This document shows positions 51,690 through 64,000 of a stretch of DNA of 64,000 nt, one piece after another. The DNA comes from Euprymna scolopes (taxonomy: Eukaryota): the NCBI GenBank assembly GCA_053919585.1, contig CM132793.1; one strand, given 5' to 3'. Positions within the stretch are counted from its first letter, which is position 1. Each line of letters begins with the position of its first letter. The notes under the pieces are model-generated. The model searched no databases. It was not told the DNA's origin and saw nothing but the letters and a program-made list of their open reading frames with translations. Position numbers and translations under genes: made by a program.

Positions 51690-52445
51690 CACTCTAATTG
51701 TGATATCACACAGAATCAGTTGATTTATTGACAGAAGGTTTTATTTTATTTCTAAGGTATTTGCTAGAGTTTGACACAAAAGATTTACCTCATAAAACCT
51801 TTAGATATAAAATAGCTGGAAATGCCATCTCAAACATAAAATCCTTTCACTGATAGGTTTATTAAAGTGGTCGTTAACGGTCAGAAATACCGAGGTCACA
51901 GTATTAATGCTGGCATGCCCAAAGTTCCATACTGGGATCATTGTCTTCCTCATCTTTATCAAGGACCTCACAAACCATATTCTTCAATCATTTGTGGATA
52001 TCTATGCAGAAAATACTCCCATCTATGGCAACACTACAAAAGCCGACAAAGATAAGAAGTTTTTTTTTTTGTATTCTCTTTCCTCTGACTTTAAACATGT
52101 GCTGCAATGGGGTAAGTAATGGCTGGCCAGCTTTAATACATCCAAAACCAAACTGCTATCTGTTCACCACTAACGCTTATATCCACATTTGACCCCTATT
52201 AAAATGAACATCTCTTGCCTTGATGAAGCACCTTGTTTTGACAAACTTCTTGGACTCACTTTTACCCCGAATCTGAATGAAATACCTACATCAGACCCCT
52301 AACTACTCCAGGAAGTATCTCACGCCGCCGCGGTCCTCTACAAAAACAAGTATGTTCTAAGAGGGAGTACTGCTGCAACATGTGGATTCGAGCTCTAACA
52401 AATACTCTTTCCTGTCTTGACAACATGAAGAACATCGACTTAATA
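51690..52445 (+). pseudogene. L2/CR1-group LINE reverse transcriptase remnant
   Basis: IKVVVNGQ..INAGMP, FLIFIKDL..VDIYAENTPIY (YADD decayed), QWGK*WLASFNTSKTKL, EAPCFDKLLGLTFTP, EYCCNMW. Confidence 0.85.
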
Positions 52446-54509
52446 CTTACCTGTTATCCTAGGGTTGCCACAAACCTTGATAAGTGATGACCCTCAAAGT
52501 ACAAAAATGGAAAAAGGGTGGTGGTGTAGATTTTCAATTTTAAGATTATTTTTGGTTTAATATTATTTTTATAGAATAAAAAGACATCGGCTGATTTAAA
52601 ATATTGATATTTTTTGATATTCACACGAATATTCAAAACAAACCTTGACAAAAACGAACAATTTTCAGTATATTCTGTCTACGACTTTGATACAGAGCGC
52701 TCAAAAAAACCGGAATAGGAATATTTCTCAGGTCAGAATACTTGATAAATACCTGCACAGAGAAACAAAAAATGCCAAACTAGTGTTGAGTAGATATTCA
52801 CTTCAAAAATTAAGATGACTTGTCATATAAACATTTCTAATAAATCATTGTAGAGTGAGAGACCGAACACAGTCACAGGTCGTGTCTAGTAGGCATTTGC
52901 ATCGTCTTTGCATCATATGAATATGTTTGTTTTAAGCCTGAACATTTTGCATGTATAAGCCTTTTCAGTATATTTAGGCCATTTTTGTATCAGAGAACAC
53001 AGATAATCACGTGGATTGATAAGAAAATAATGCTAAAATCTTTTTAATACATAATGGATCATCACGAAATAGCCTCTAAGCAAATTGAAAAAAATAGTAT
53101 ATTGACTTAATGATATTATTGTAGTATGCTTCATTTTCTGAAAGGCGTTTAATAGATTCAGACAATCGTCAAATAATAATCAAAATATGGTTACAGAAAC
53201 ACACACACATACACACACATACACACATATATATATATATATAAATGTTAAGTTGGTTCGTTCTAAACGAATAAAACCATATTTCTACGTTACTAATATA
53301 TTTGAAATTTTCAGACATCCCCTCTTTAGAGTCGAGGTATGTTGTTATGTTATTAAAATAAATTTACCTCGCGAATTATTAAAATTAAGATATTAAATAA
53401 AATAAATATATTTTTTAACCGTTACTGCGAATCTGTTCTGTTGATAAAACTGAACTTCCGGTTCGATTCATTTCACAGCCACGAATTGACGAAAGATTTC
53501 ATTTTCTGTTTAGTAAGTAAAAAAAACAAAAAAAAACATAATTCATTCGTTTATCTTCCCAATTTTTTATTTACACATTTTTCTTTATTATATAAGGCCA
53601 AAAAATAGTTTGTCGCTTGCTTTTTGAGGGTTTTTTTATTTTTCGATATGAGTTTGGTTAGAATAAAAAAAAAACACGATTTAAAAAATAGCGCGGGTCA
53701 CTCTCTGCACTAGCACCAAAAATGTTACTAAACATTTATTAATAATTTCTCACTTTTACAAACATTTGATTTGAAATTTCTTTTTAAATGACGACTTTTA
53801 TCGACTTTTTTTAAATATCCCCCCAAATAGTGTTTATTAGCCCCCCCTCCCTCCAAAAGTGATGTTTATTCCGGAAGCTGGTCTTAAAATTTTTTTTGGT
53901 GGGGATTCCAAGGTGGACTTAATCTAAAAAAAAAAAAAGTTTTTTATGCGCACATAAGCAACTATTTTTTTATTAACTTTTTTTTAAAAACTTTTTTATT
54001 TAAAAATTAGTAAATTCCAATTAATAGAATAATAAATCATTTATCATTAATATGTGTTTTTGGTTTTGTGTTGAATGAAACATTTTTTTTTTTCATTACA
54101 GCAATAATGAACCAATGCGTTTAAGGGTTACGAAATTATCAATAAATCGTTTAGTTACTAAGCCAATGTCAGTAAATAAAAAAAGGGAGCGACCATTAAA
54201 TAATTATGCTGGTCGCCATGGAACTCAACACCCAAGGAGTACCTAAAGTAGCACTTATCCACTTATGTTATCGTGCTATTTTTAAAAATAGTATTTTCAT
54301 GTTAAATTCAAATTTTACATTATGTTTTCCTTTTCTTAATTTGTTAAGTGAAAGTACAGATAACCCGGTCGGTTTCTAATGTGATGAAAATCTAGCCCCC
54401 CCCCCAAAAAAAAGGGGTACTCTGGATAATAACAAAACATGAAAATTGCCTCAGTCTCGAAAGATTTCTCCTCTACTGAACAAGGAAACAAACAGTGAAA
54501 TGTAGTTCA

Positions 54510-54835
54510 CCTTCTGTTTCTCTCTCCCTCTCTCTTCCTCTCTTAATATCTCTCTCTATCCATCTTTCCCTTTCCCTCTCTCAATCTATCTTTCTCTATA
54601 TATCACCCTCTCCATCTCTCTTTGAGCCCCTTTCTCTCTCTAACTCCCTTTATCTCTCTCCTTTCCTCTGTCTCATCCCTCTCTGTTTCTAACTCTCCCC
54701 CTCTCTCTGTTTATCTATCAATCCCTTTATCTCTCTATCTCCTTCTCTTTCTCTATTTTCCTCTCACTTTATCTTTCCTATCTCTATATCTTCCTCTCTA
54801 TCTGTCCATCTCTAATCCCTCATCCTATTTTAGTC
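54510..54835. repeat. CT-rich low-complexity tract
   Basis: Degenerate (CT)n/(TCTA)n polypyrimidine sequence. Confidence 0.9.
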
Positions 54836-54949
54836 TCCTAAATTAATTACAGTGAATAAGGCATTGTCAAAACATGGATAAATCCTATTTTAGTCACCTA
54901 ATTTACTGACTGTGAGAATAGAAGTTATTTAGAAATTACTGCTACCTTG

Positions 54950-56313
54950 AACAGCACCAGAAGTAACTGGTAAAACCTTTTTAAGTAAATTGATGTTGGC
55001 AGCCATTTGGTAACAAAATGACATAGCCTTAGACCTTGCTGCATGAGGAATACCTGCGACCTTGCTGCCAAGTAGAATAATTATTTATTCTACTTTAAAA
55101 CATTCAATTTTTCAAAAATCTCATGTTCGACATCTCCAAAACATCCAGTATGGGGGAAAATATTGCAGAAATGCAAACTTATTGTTTAGGATGAATGCAC
55201 AATGGTACGCAAAAAATCACTTGAGGCTCTTGGTCGATCCTTGCAAGATTTGCGTGGCAATGTCAGACCATTTGGGAATGCAGTAATATTGCTTGCAGGA
55301 GATTTCAGACAAATGTTACCTGTTATTCTTCAATCAACACCAGCAGATGAAAGAAATGCTTGCCTCAAATACTCTACTTTTTTGTTCCATGTGAAGACAT
55401 TAAACTTAACTCAAAATATGCATGTCCAGTTGCCGACTGTTCGATCCGCACAAAATCTTTTGCATCACTTGTGGGAAATTGGGTACGAAAAAGTGCCAGC
55501 TGATCAGAGTTAAGGGCAAAATTCTTTGACTTTTAACTTCTGTAATTTCTGTAATTTTATTTCATCAAAAGAATAGTTAGTTTAAAATGATTTTGCAGAT
55601 ATTCAAATTATAAGAATTCCATTTGACTAAGTGAATGAGCTATTCTTGCAGGTCAATACAAAGATGCCCATGAACTTAACGCTATTATTCAATGTAAAAT
55701 TCCAAGTGAGGTAGTCAAATACAAATCCATCGACACTGTTGTGAAAGCAGATAAAGTGGTTAATTATCCAACAGCGATATTTGCCAGGGATGCCACAGCA
55801 TGTATTGTAACTGAAATTTAGTGTACTAATTATCATGTTGTGAAATATAAACCAATCAAAGCTTTGCAATGGCACATAGCTTGCAGTAAACAAAAAAATT
55901 AACAAACAATATCATGGAAACAACAATCTTAACAGGACCTTTCACAGATGAATATATCTTCATTCCATGCATTCCTATGATTTAACCGGATACATCATTA
56001 CACTTTAGGAAACTGAACTTTCCAATTTTATTGTCATTTGCAATAACCATCAACAAAGCACAGGGAACAATCTTTACAATTGTGGGCCTTACAGTTACAC
56101 ACTGACTGTTTTTTCACATGGACAATTTATATTACGTAGTCAAGAGTCACCAAACCGGAAAATCTCTATATCAGCTAAGAAAATGGAACAACAAAAACTG
56201 TGTACCCATGCAAAATGGAAAATTAAACCTATAACACACATGCTTTTTCTCATTTTGGAACTTTTTCATTTGCGCCAATTTGAGTCACAGCAACGCGTGG
56301 CAGGGTACAACTA

Positions 56314-56314
<1 letters not shown>
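54950..56314 (+). mobile_element. Helitron remnant: Pif1-family helicase pseudogene plus 3' terminus
   Basis: APEVTGKTFL (Walker A), DECTM..SLEALGRSLQDLRGN.RPFG..ILLAGDFRQ.LPV, KLCNGT, FAITINKAQG, FSHGQ; ends GTCACAGCAACGCGTGGC hairpin..CTAG|T at 56311-56314. Confidence 0.92.
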
Positions 56315-56376
<62 letters not shown>

Positions 56377-56475
56377 ATAATTCAATCAATAAAACTTGAG
56401 CGTGTCACAGTTTACTTTCATCCTTAGTAATAAACTATTAGGGAATTAATACTAATTTCTTATAGTGAATTCACT

Positions 56476-56514
<39 letters not shown>

Positions 56515-57104
56515 ACAATGCAAACACAGTTATTTCTCATAAAAAGACAAGCTTATCTGAAAAACATTTAACTTATTTACTCATAAAAATATATTCTTTC
56601 TGAATAGGCTTTGGTTTCTAACTTACTGTATATATTTTCTTCCCTGTTTTATTTTACTATTATTAAAGTTATCAGAAATCAAAGAGTGTCTTTTCTGAGG
56701 CTTACACTTTACGTCTATTTCTTTGTATCTCAAACACTGCGTTTGTAAAGAAGTTGAGGCAGTAACCGCTTTTTCTCAAGTGATTATTTTAATATTCTAT
56801 AATATATCTTTCTTTTTAGTCTCTTGGTCTTACTTGATTTTAAAAGAATTTATCATGTTTAGAATATTATCGTTTCGTATTGCTACTCGAAGGTCAAATA
56901 TTCCTCGTAAAAGATTAGATTAACTATTCTGAGGAATTTCTATTTGGCTTGAGAATAATATGTGATTTAAAATATTAAGTCAGACTTTACTAATAGGGAA
57001 AAGTATTCCCATGTCAGGTTGCTCTGATTTACCCGAGTACAGAGAGACATTAGGTACAGGAGAATAGTGTAATACTGAGTAATGTTGAAGAAAATAGTGA
57101 CACA

Positions 57105-57151
<47 letters not shown>

Positions 57152-57426
57152 GTTCCTTAATTTCACAGTGTGAAGTGTTTTACACAGTTTTTTGTCACTC
57201 AAGAGTCGGCTTTAAAGCCAAAGCTTGTGAGCACAGTCAAGGAGCCAATTAGATGGAAAGCACCTGGGGTGGGATGTTTGCTGTGCTAAGTGCAATTGAC
57301 TTCTGAGGTACAGTGATATTGCACTGAATTCACAAGTTATTCAACTGTTTGTCAAGATCATCTGATATGTAGCCAAATGCACCTTAGATGATTGGCATGA
57401 AGGAAGTCATCTTATTCCACAACCTA
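57105..57426 (-). mobile_element. R4/Dong-type RLE non-LTR retrotransposon 3' end with (TAA)n tail or target
   Basis: Minus-strand RLWNKMTSFMPII*GAFGYISDDLDKQLNNL..QKSIALSTANI, then a short UTR and (TAA)n at 57105-57151. Confidence 0.75.
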
Positions 57427-57996
57427 NNNNNNNNNNNNNNNNNNNNNNNNNNNNNNNNNNNNNNNNNNNNNNNNNNNNNNNNNNNNNNNNNNNNNNNNNN
57501 NNNNNNNNNNNNNNNNNNNNNNNNNNNNNNNNNNNNNNNNNNNNNNNNNNNNNNNNNNNNNNNCCACAATCAACAAACGATCTGATTAGAAAACTGTGGT
57601 GGTCTCTGGATGCTGAGTGACAACAAGTCTCCCCAGACGTCCAGCTCTCTCCACCTCCTTAGATAGCATTTGCAGATTAATTTGCATCATGGAAACTGCC
57701 TCTTACCATTGATTTCTCGCTGGCAGTGGCCATTGGTTTATACAGGAGTTTGAGTGGCACTCAGCCTCCCCAAGGTCCCAGTTCTCTTTGCGTTGTCCAG
57801 CCGAGGTCTGGCTAGCGCTTTCTCCTAGGTCTTTCAGTCCTTTCTGACCCTTTTTAGCTCTTTGCTATCACTTTTTTATTGGGGGAGCGGTGATGAAACA
57901 ATGGGGGCTGCATAATGGGGGTGTAGAACTTGTAGATATGCAGTTTCGGTGTTCTTCATTCCCTGTAACGCTTATTCCTTATATTGTCTTCTGTTA

Positions 57997-58812
57997 TTAT
58001 TCTCCGGATTCAAGGGGCTTCCTTAATATTGCAGTCGTTTTCATTATCGTTAGTCGTTGTACTTTTGCAGGTATTCCCCTGATTTCAATTTCTGACATTC
58101 TTTGTTCGAAGTTTTTCGGAATTGTTCCTAGTGCTCCTACTATTATCGGTACTATTTTGATTTTCTTCATCATCAAACTCCCTTTTAACTCTCTGGCTAG
58201 CTCTATGTATTTGCTTCGATTCTCCTTTTTCTTTCATACTCACCCTGTGGTCAGCTGGGAAAGCAGAGTCTACGACTTGACAGGATTTTTTCTTTCTTGT
58301 TAATTATTACGACATCTGGTCTTCTTGCTTGGATGGGTTTGTCCGTTTGTATGTACATGTCCCATAGGATTATGTGGTTCTCGTTTTCGAGTGCTTGTTG
58401 CATGTTTATCCTTGTACCATTTGTCTGTACGCTCAAAATGCAGTTGTTTGCACAATTCCCAGTGAACCAGCCTCTCCACTTGGCCATGCCTGTTTTTGTA
58501 TTCCTTTTGGACCAGTTTGCTGCATTCACTTACTATATAGTTTATCGTTTCGTCTCTTTGTCCACATAGTCTGCATTTGCTGTTTTCTTATGTTTTATCG
58601 ATCTTTGCTTTGATATGATTGGTTCTTATCGAGTTATCTTTGCTGCAGTTATTAGAGATTCAGTTTCTCGGTTTATATGTCCTTTTCGCATCCATGTCCA
58701 TGTGTTTTCGTTATTCTTATCTTTTGTCATTATTATGAATCTTCCGTGGAGTTATTTCTCTTCCCATTTCTCTTTTCTTGTTTTGTTGTTTGTCTCTCTG
58801 TTTTCTGTTTTA
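57997..58812 (-). pseudogene. R4/Dong-type non-LTR retrotransposon C-terminal region (zinc knuckle plus restriction-like endonuclease)
   Basis: CRLCGQRDETINYIVSEC, YKNRH..VHWELC, ILWDMYIQTDKPIQARRPDVVII, KYIELAREL, IVPIIVGALGTIPK, ILRKPL; frameshifted. Confidence 0.9.
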
Positions 58813-58814
58813 TT

Positions 58815-61064
58815 GTTGGACCTCCCAGGGGCCTGATTCTGCTTATGGCGGTCGCTCAGCACAACAAAGCAAAGGTGAGGCCACTGATGGACAACCCCGA
58901 ACTAAACGCGCATGTTGATGTGTTCACGGCAGATGCTGACGTTTGTAACAGCAAGCTATGAGAGTGGCGCCATCAAAGTTCAAATGTATCCCTGCTGGAT
59001 CTTGCAAAAGTGTACCTGCAAGTCCGAATCAGTGAAACAATGTGCCCATTTCAGACGATGGTGTTTGCTGGAAGGATTTACTGCCTCACCAGACGAGGCT
59101 TCGGGCTGAAAGTGGTACCCCAAATAATGAAGACCATCGTGAACGCTTTGTTGTCACAGAATGAAACAGTAAAAGATTGGATACTGCGTAAATTGATGGC
59201 ATATATGTGAACGAAGACATTGTGCCATCGTCACGTGTAAGGTCCAAACTTGCTTGGACCCAGAACGTTTGGAGAATGCAGCCCGTGTCTTGGATCTGAA
59301 CGTTCGGCAGGAGCGAGGGACTTTGAAATGGAGGCACAGAACTGCAGTTCCTGAAGTGCCCGATGGTTTCACGAGACAAGCAGTATTTTCCCTGTGTGGA
59401 AACTTGTGGGGCATCTACCACTGTGTGGATAGATTGTCTGGTAACAGGAATCATAAAAAGGAGGGCAAGCGCAGTCACCAAAGGCTGGGATGATGAAACA
59501 GCAGACGATCTGTTGGTTTGCATGGTGAAGGAGACCATCGCTAAAGGAGACTGGTGCGTGTAGGGAGACTAACTTAACGTGTGGATAGATGTGAGCTCTC
59601 TGGCAATTGGTGTGCTGATGGAACAGAATGGGGCTGCGATTGAGGACGCCTGCTGGCTGCGACTGGCGAATAACGCTGCTCATATCAACCTGGCAGAACT
59701 CGATGGGGTTATAAAATTCACACATTCACACGGATTCGCTATACGTGTACAACTGGAAATCGGACACATTTACAGGCAGGACCAGGGTGCGTACTAAGGC
59801 AGCCAGCGAGATACTGATGTTGGAAACCGTAAAAAACGCTGTTAACAGAGTACAATGTCCGTGGATGCGGTACTCGTCACTTCAAATTACAACCTTGCTG
59901 ATAGGCTCACACGGGTGCCACAGAGATGGTATGGCACCATGAAGAAGAAAGTCGAGCCAATACAATTATTATGTGCCGACTCTATTGAGGTGACAGATGA
60001 AAACAGGAAGATACACAACCTCAGCGGGCACCCGGAGTAAGATAGACATGTTATTTTGTGCAGTTGTCCAATCCGTCGGGGTCCAAAAGTGCAGTGACAG
60101 GGGTAGTCAAGGAATGCCAACCATGCCACCCAATCGAACCTGCTCTGGCCGGATGGCGGAAACGTCAGCTGAGAGTAGAAATGACTTGGAGCAGACGGGG
60201 TATGGGCATAACCCCCTACGGCAGCCAGCACTTCCTCGCCGTGATCGAGTGTGAACCGACCATGTTCGCAGTCTGGCGCACGTGAATAAGACAAGGTTTC
60301 CTCCAGTATCATCCGTGAATTGTAGTTCATATTTTATGAAAGGGGGCGCATGAACAGATCCTCACAGACAACAAACCAGCCTTCTGCAGTGGAGGTTTCA
60401 GACGTTTCGCAAAGTGATGAATCCAGCTCAGACACAGATGTACATATAATGCAGCACCAGCGGATGGCATGACTGCTGCAATAGCACCCGCCAATGCGAT
60501 CCATTGCTGTTGAAGCCTCCCAATAATCGATGCACCACCAGCTTTCAAAGAGGACAAATCAATGGCATTATCAGTGAGCAAGCCGTGCTAGTCGATGGTA
60601 CCCCACGCCATGTGAAGGATAGCCGGCCTGCCCTAAATACAAAACAATTGGCGAGTAGCAGTAATGGTGAATCATACAACGATGACCTGTGGATCCGACG
60701 TATTCCCCGTGATTGTACAACTGTAAACCCCAACACGGATTCCGATGGTTTCAGCACCTCTTCTGAGATCTCCGATGAATATGAAGGAGTCCAGCCTGAT
60801 GGTATGACTGTACACCTTAATGCTGATACTAATGGTTCCGACACCTCTTCTGAGAGTTCCAATGTAGATGAAGTAGTCCAGTCAATCCTCCTTCGTAGGA
60901 GTTTCCGCAACAGACGATTACGTCCACAATGCCACATGTGTGGTCTGGAGACCAGGAAGGAGTGTAGAGTTGAATGTAATGATCAAAGAAGAAAGCGCAC
61001 GCGTGTGTGCGCATTCTGTCGTTACACAACTTACGTTCGGAGGCGATCTGAGATACATAGATAG
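58815..61064 (+). pseudogene. Ty3/Gypsy-type LTR retrotransposon pol remnant (RT, RNase H, integrase)
   Basis: KVRPLMD..ELN, LLDLAKVYLQV, YCLTRRGFGL..P, WIDVSSLAIG, HINLAELD, NLADRLTR, H...GHP..C..C integrase zinc finger, ILTDNKPAF; RT-RH-IN order; many frameshifts. Confidence 0.88.
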
Positions 61065-61380
61065 ATTAAAGATAACAGCCATGGATTTATAAGGTGTAGT
61101 CTCGTGGAATCTCACGATATCTCATCGCCCACTGCACACGTATGCAAATGGAATGGAGTCATTTTTTTTATAAAATACCTGTTGGCAGAGGTGGTTGGCA
61201 GAACACGTGCTGGAATTTGAGAGAGGAAGTTGACAGTGACGAATTCTAGTTGAAGTTTTGTTTATAGTATTTATTTTATTTTGTTTTTTCTGTTACCCAG
61301 CCTATTTAAATGCAAAATTAAAATTAATTTCCTTTCATAAGATAAATATCTTCTGCCTTGAACCCAAAGTAATTTCAACA
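61049..61380 (+). mobile_element. Possible 3' LTR of the Gypsy remnant
   Basis: Follows a short purine-rich GGAGGCG; starts TG and ends TTCAACA; no second LTR in the window. Confidence 0.3.
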
Positions 61381-61877
61381 TAAAGAGTCAAATATCAGGA
61401 TTACCAAAGAAATTCACATTTGCATGGCATCATATCACCTTGGGTGCTTATATATCGTCAACTAGCTAATTCATTAATAAAAGCAACGTTATATCTCTCA
61501 TATATAAAATTGATTTCCTGTTACATTGTCGTGAGCTACACTTGGAGTGTACATATAGTAAAACAACATATTCCCAACAATACAACTAAAACAGACATGT
61601 ATTATAAGCAGCTTAACAAAATCAAACTGACCTAAATTTTTAACTCGAAACTTTATAACCTCTGAATATATTTTTCACTTCTCTTTTGTTTCTATTTAAA
61701 TTAAAAAATACACAAGCTGGAAGGTCCAAGTCTCCACTTCGCCTCAGTTTCTTGAGGAAAAACTTTGCTTTGGCAAACTTTATAGACTGGTCTTCGCTAC
61801 TGATCTTAAATGTAAGATGTACAAATAATCTCTTTCCAGAGTCACTAAAAAATTGTGCGAGCATTTTTACGCTGCAT

Positions 61878-62440
61878 AAAGTATCTCATTCTGATGCCAT
61901 GCTCTATCTATACTAGACTCAAGTACGTTCAACGATGGAGTGTTGTTGCCACCTCTGAGGTGAAGGTTCTGAGTATGCTTTTCTTCCTTGAGAAAATAGA
62001 AAACTGTCTTCAAAATTGAATGGGTGAGGGATTTTTCGCCTTTCCTTTTTTTTCTCACAAAAGTGAAGTTGCAAATCTATTTCTGTTTTATCGATATTTA
62101 TATCTTAGGTGTTCGACCAGGCTTTAATCCGTTTCTCACTGTAAAACGTTTGTAACAAAAACTAATCCAGCAAAAACAAACGACAACAATTTCTCTCACT
62201 CTCTAGGTGTGCTTAAAACTAAAACGAAAATTCCATGAGCAGAGTTTCGTCTCTGAGACAAGATAGGCTGCCCTCCGGCTGACTATAAGATCATTTAGTT
62301 CTTGTTCACCTGTCTTCTTAAATAAGTAACTCATACCCAAGCATCAGCATTACTGATGATGGTAGAGTTACCTCATTAACTACCTACACTCATTAAACTG
62401 TATCCATGAGTAGATTTCTGGGCTTGGTAAGTCGTAAGGC
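61878..62440 (+). pseudogene. L2/CR1-group LINE 3' fragment
   Basis: SDAMLYLY..Q.RSTMECCCHL, VANLFLFYRY; 3' UTR similar to 32180-32235. Confidence 0.7.
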
Positions 62441-62766
62441 TTATGGGAACCGGCTTCTGATATACAAAGAGAACATAGAAACACAAACTCTTGACTTTAA
62501 GGCAATCAAATTATCGATCTTTAACCCTGGTAATATCATTATTTGCCACGAGAGGAAACAATGCTCATTTCTGGACTTCCTTTTTAATTCCTCTTTCTCG
62601 TTCTATCTTGTTTTGCATCCACGCAAGGCACATTTGAGCACTCACAAAAGAATCTTGATGTAAAAACGCAAGTAATGATTTCGTACACACACACACACAC
62701 GCACACGCCCATACACACACACACATATGCATGTGTGTGTGTATACGTGGGTGTGTACGAAAACAT

Positions 62767-62817
<51 letters not shown>

Positions 62818-62940
62818 TAATAAAATGTTAAACATTATATTTGTATAAATTCTGTAATAACTGTACATTGGTTGTAAATATAATTTCGACGATTTCGTGT
62901 AACATTCCTCGGCAAAGTCGACGATGCGACTATATCCTTC

Positions 62941-63199
62941 ATTCCCTTATTTACCAATAGAGGATGACTTCGCCCGCTACAAGATTGCTGACTTTGTTCT
63001 CTACAATTCGTAACCTTTCGACGTTTAAACGCAATCTATACATTCTGTGTTTCATAAAATAAAACGCTCCTGTCGTCATAAATGCAGTTTACAGCCATAA
63101 AAATGAGTCTATAAAAAGATAAGTCACTTTTTATTCCTTTACTTAACAATAGATAATGACTTCGCCCGCTACATAATATGGGACTTCGATCTCTACAAG
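62941..63199 (+). repeat. Diverged ~67-bp direct repeat pair, 192-bp spacing
   Basis: ATTCC..CAATAGA..ATGACTTCGCCCGCTACA..GACTT..TCTCTACAA at 62941-63007 and 63133-63199. Confidence 0.8.
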
Positions 63200-64000
63200 C
63201 TCATGTGAAAACAATTCTTCAAACATTGCGATATTTTTTTAAGCAAAATTGAAGTGTACTTATTTTTAAGTCATAAAAATAGGAGTTAATGAAACGGATG
63301 GAAAGACATGTAAAATATTTAAAAAAATTAAAAAGCTCGAAGTGCATTCTTTATGTGGCATATATTTGATATCATTGGATTTAAGGGAACTCAAGTTTAA
63401 TTCAGCGGGAAAGCAGTGCATAAGTAATGCATTCTAAAGAGAGGCAACACTTTTATAGAACATTTGCTAAATTAATTCACATGCCTCGATATGGAGTGAG
63501 AAATGAATAACTTTATTAATTACATTTGATAAACATTGCCGAACTTGGTCTGACAATAGTTTTGAAAACATTACTTCATTAGCAAAACGTCACCTAAAAA
63601 ACATAGTTTGAATCTATTTTAAAATGCGGTTTTAATTTAGTAGACATCTTAAGTTAGTAGACGAGAGACACACTGGTTTTTTATTCGTCTCTACCATTTG
63701 CTCTCATAACGATTAAATCAGACGATAGCTATTATTATTTGCTATATAAAATGCATCACAAATTCAATAAGCGATCAATATGATACACTTAGTACTTAAC
63801 GATTTCTGTCTCAGTTTTCTGTAGATTTCTTTTCTCCCAACACCTTTAATCTTCCCATTTCATTTACATTCTGCTTACTATTTGGTGATTACTTATTCTA
63901 CATTCAGGAAAAAGTTAAGAAAATACATGAACCACTCATGGAAGTAAAAAATATCGATGTTCAATAAAAATAAAATAATTAAATTAAAGAGAGTAGACGA

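Noticed and set aside
48990-52485. TTGTGGCAA / TTGCCACAA as TIRs of the hAT-related element
   Set aside because: Only a 9-bp core matches, there is no TSD, and TAGGGTTGCCA at 52460 looks like the left end of a separate element facing away.
53290-53335. Functional hammerhead (minus strand ACT-CTAAAGA..CAA-ATATAT-T-AGT)
   Set aside because: Both core boxes are mutated and stem II is weak; at most a relic.
62353-62390. Hammerhead at CTGATGA-T-GGTAG..CTACC
   Set aside because: Stem II is followed by TACA rather than GAAA, with no stem I/III; lies in a LINE 3' region.

Overview
AT-rich, repeat-dense animal (invertebrate-type) genomic DNA with four assembly gaps. I can support no host protein-coding gene; nearly all ORFs in the track are microsatellite or satellite artefacts or transposon debris. 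Main contents: (1) a ~17.4 kb 37-bp satellite arranged as two opposed arms (about 12053-18575 on + and 18747-29420 on -) around a ~170-bp spacer ending in (AT)24; (2) a young Tc1-family DD34E transposon with 211-bp IR/DR termini and one C-terminal frameshift (40542-42166); (3) decayed copies of mariner, hAT-related, Helitron, Ty3/Gypsy, R4/Dong-type RLE and L2-type elements, plus several MITE or foldback inverted repeats; (4) degenerate tRNA-Arg(TCG) x2 and tRNA-His(GTG) copies; (5) at least six minimal type I hammerhead ribozyme (HHR) motifs, none shown by the ORF track and mostly beside (TA)n tracts. The most interesting is a ~310-bp element between two (TA)n tracts in which a tRNA-like pol III A/B-box head is directly followed by an apparently intact HHR (36811-36941, - strand), a candidate tRNA-headed self-cleaving SINE/retrozyme. 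All calls come from reading by eye; no database search or folding computation was run.
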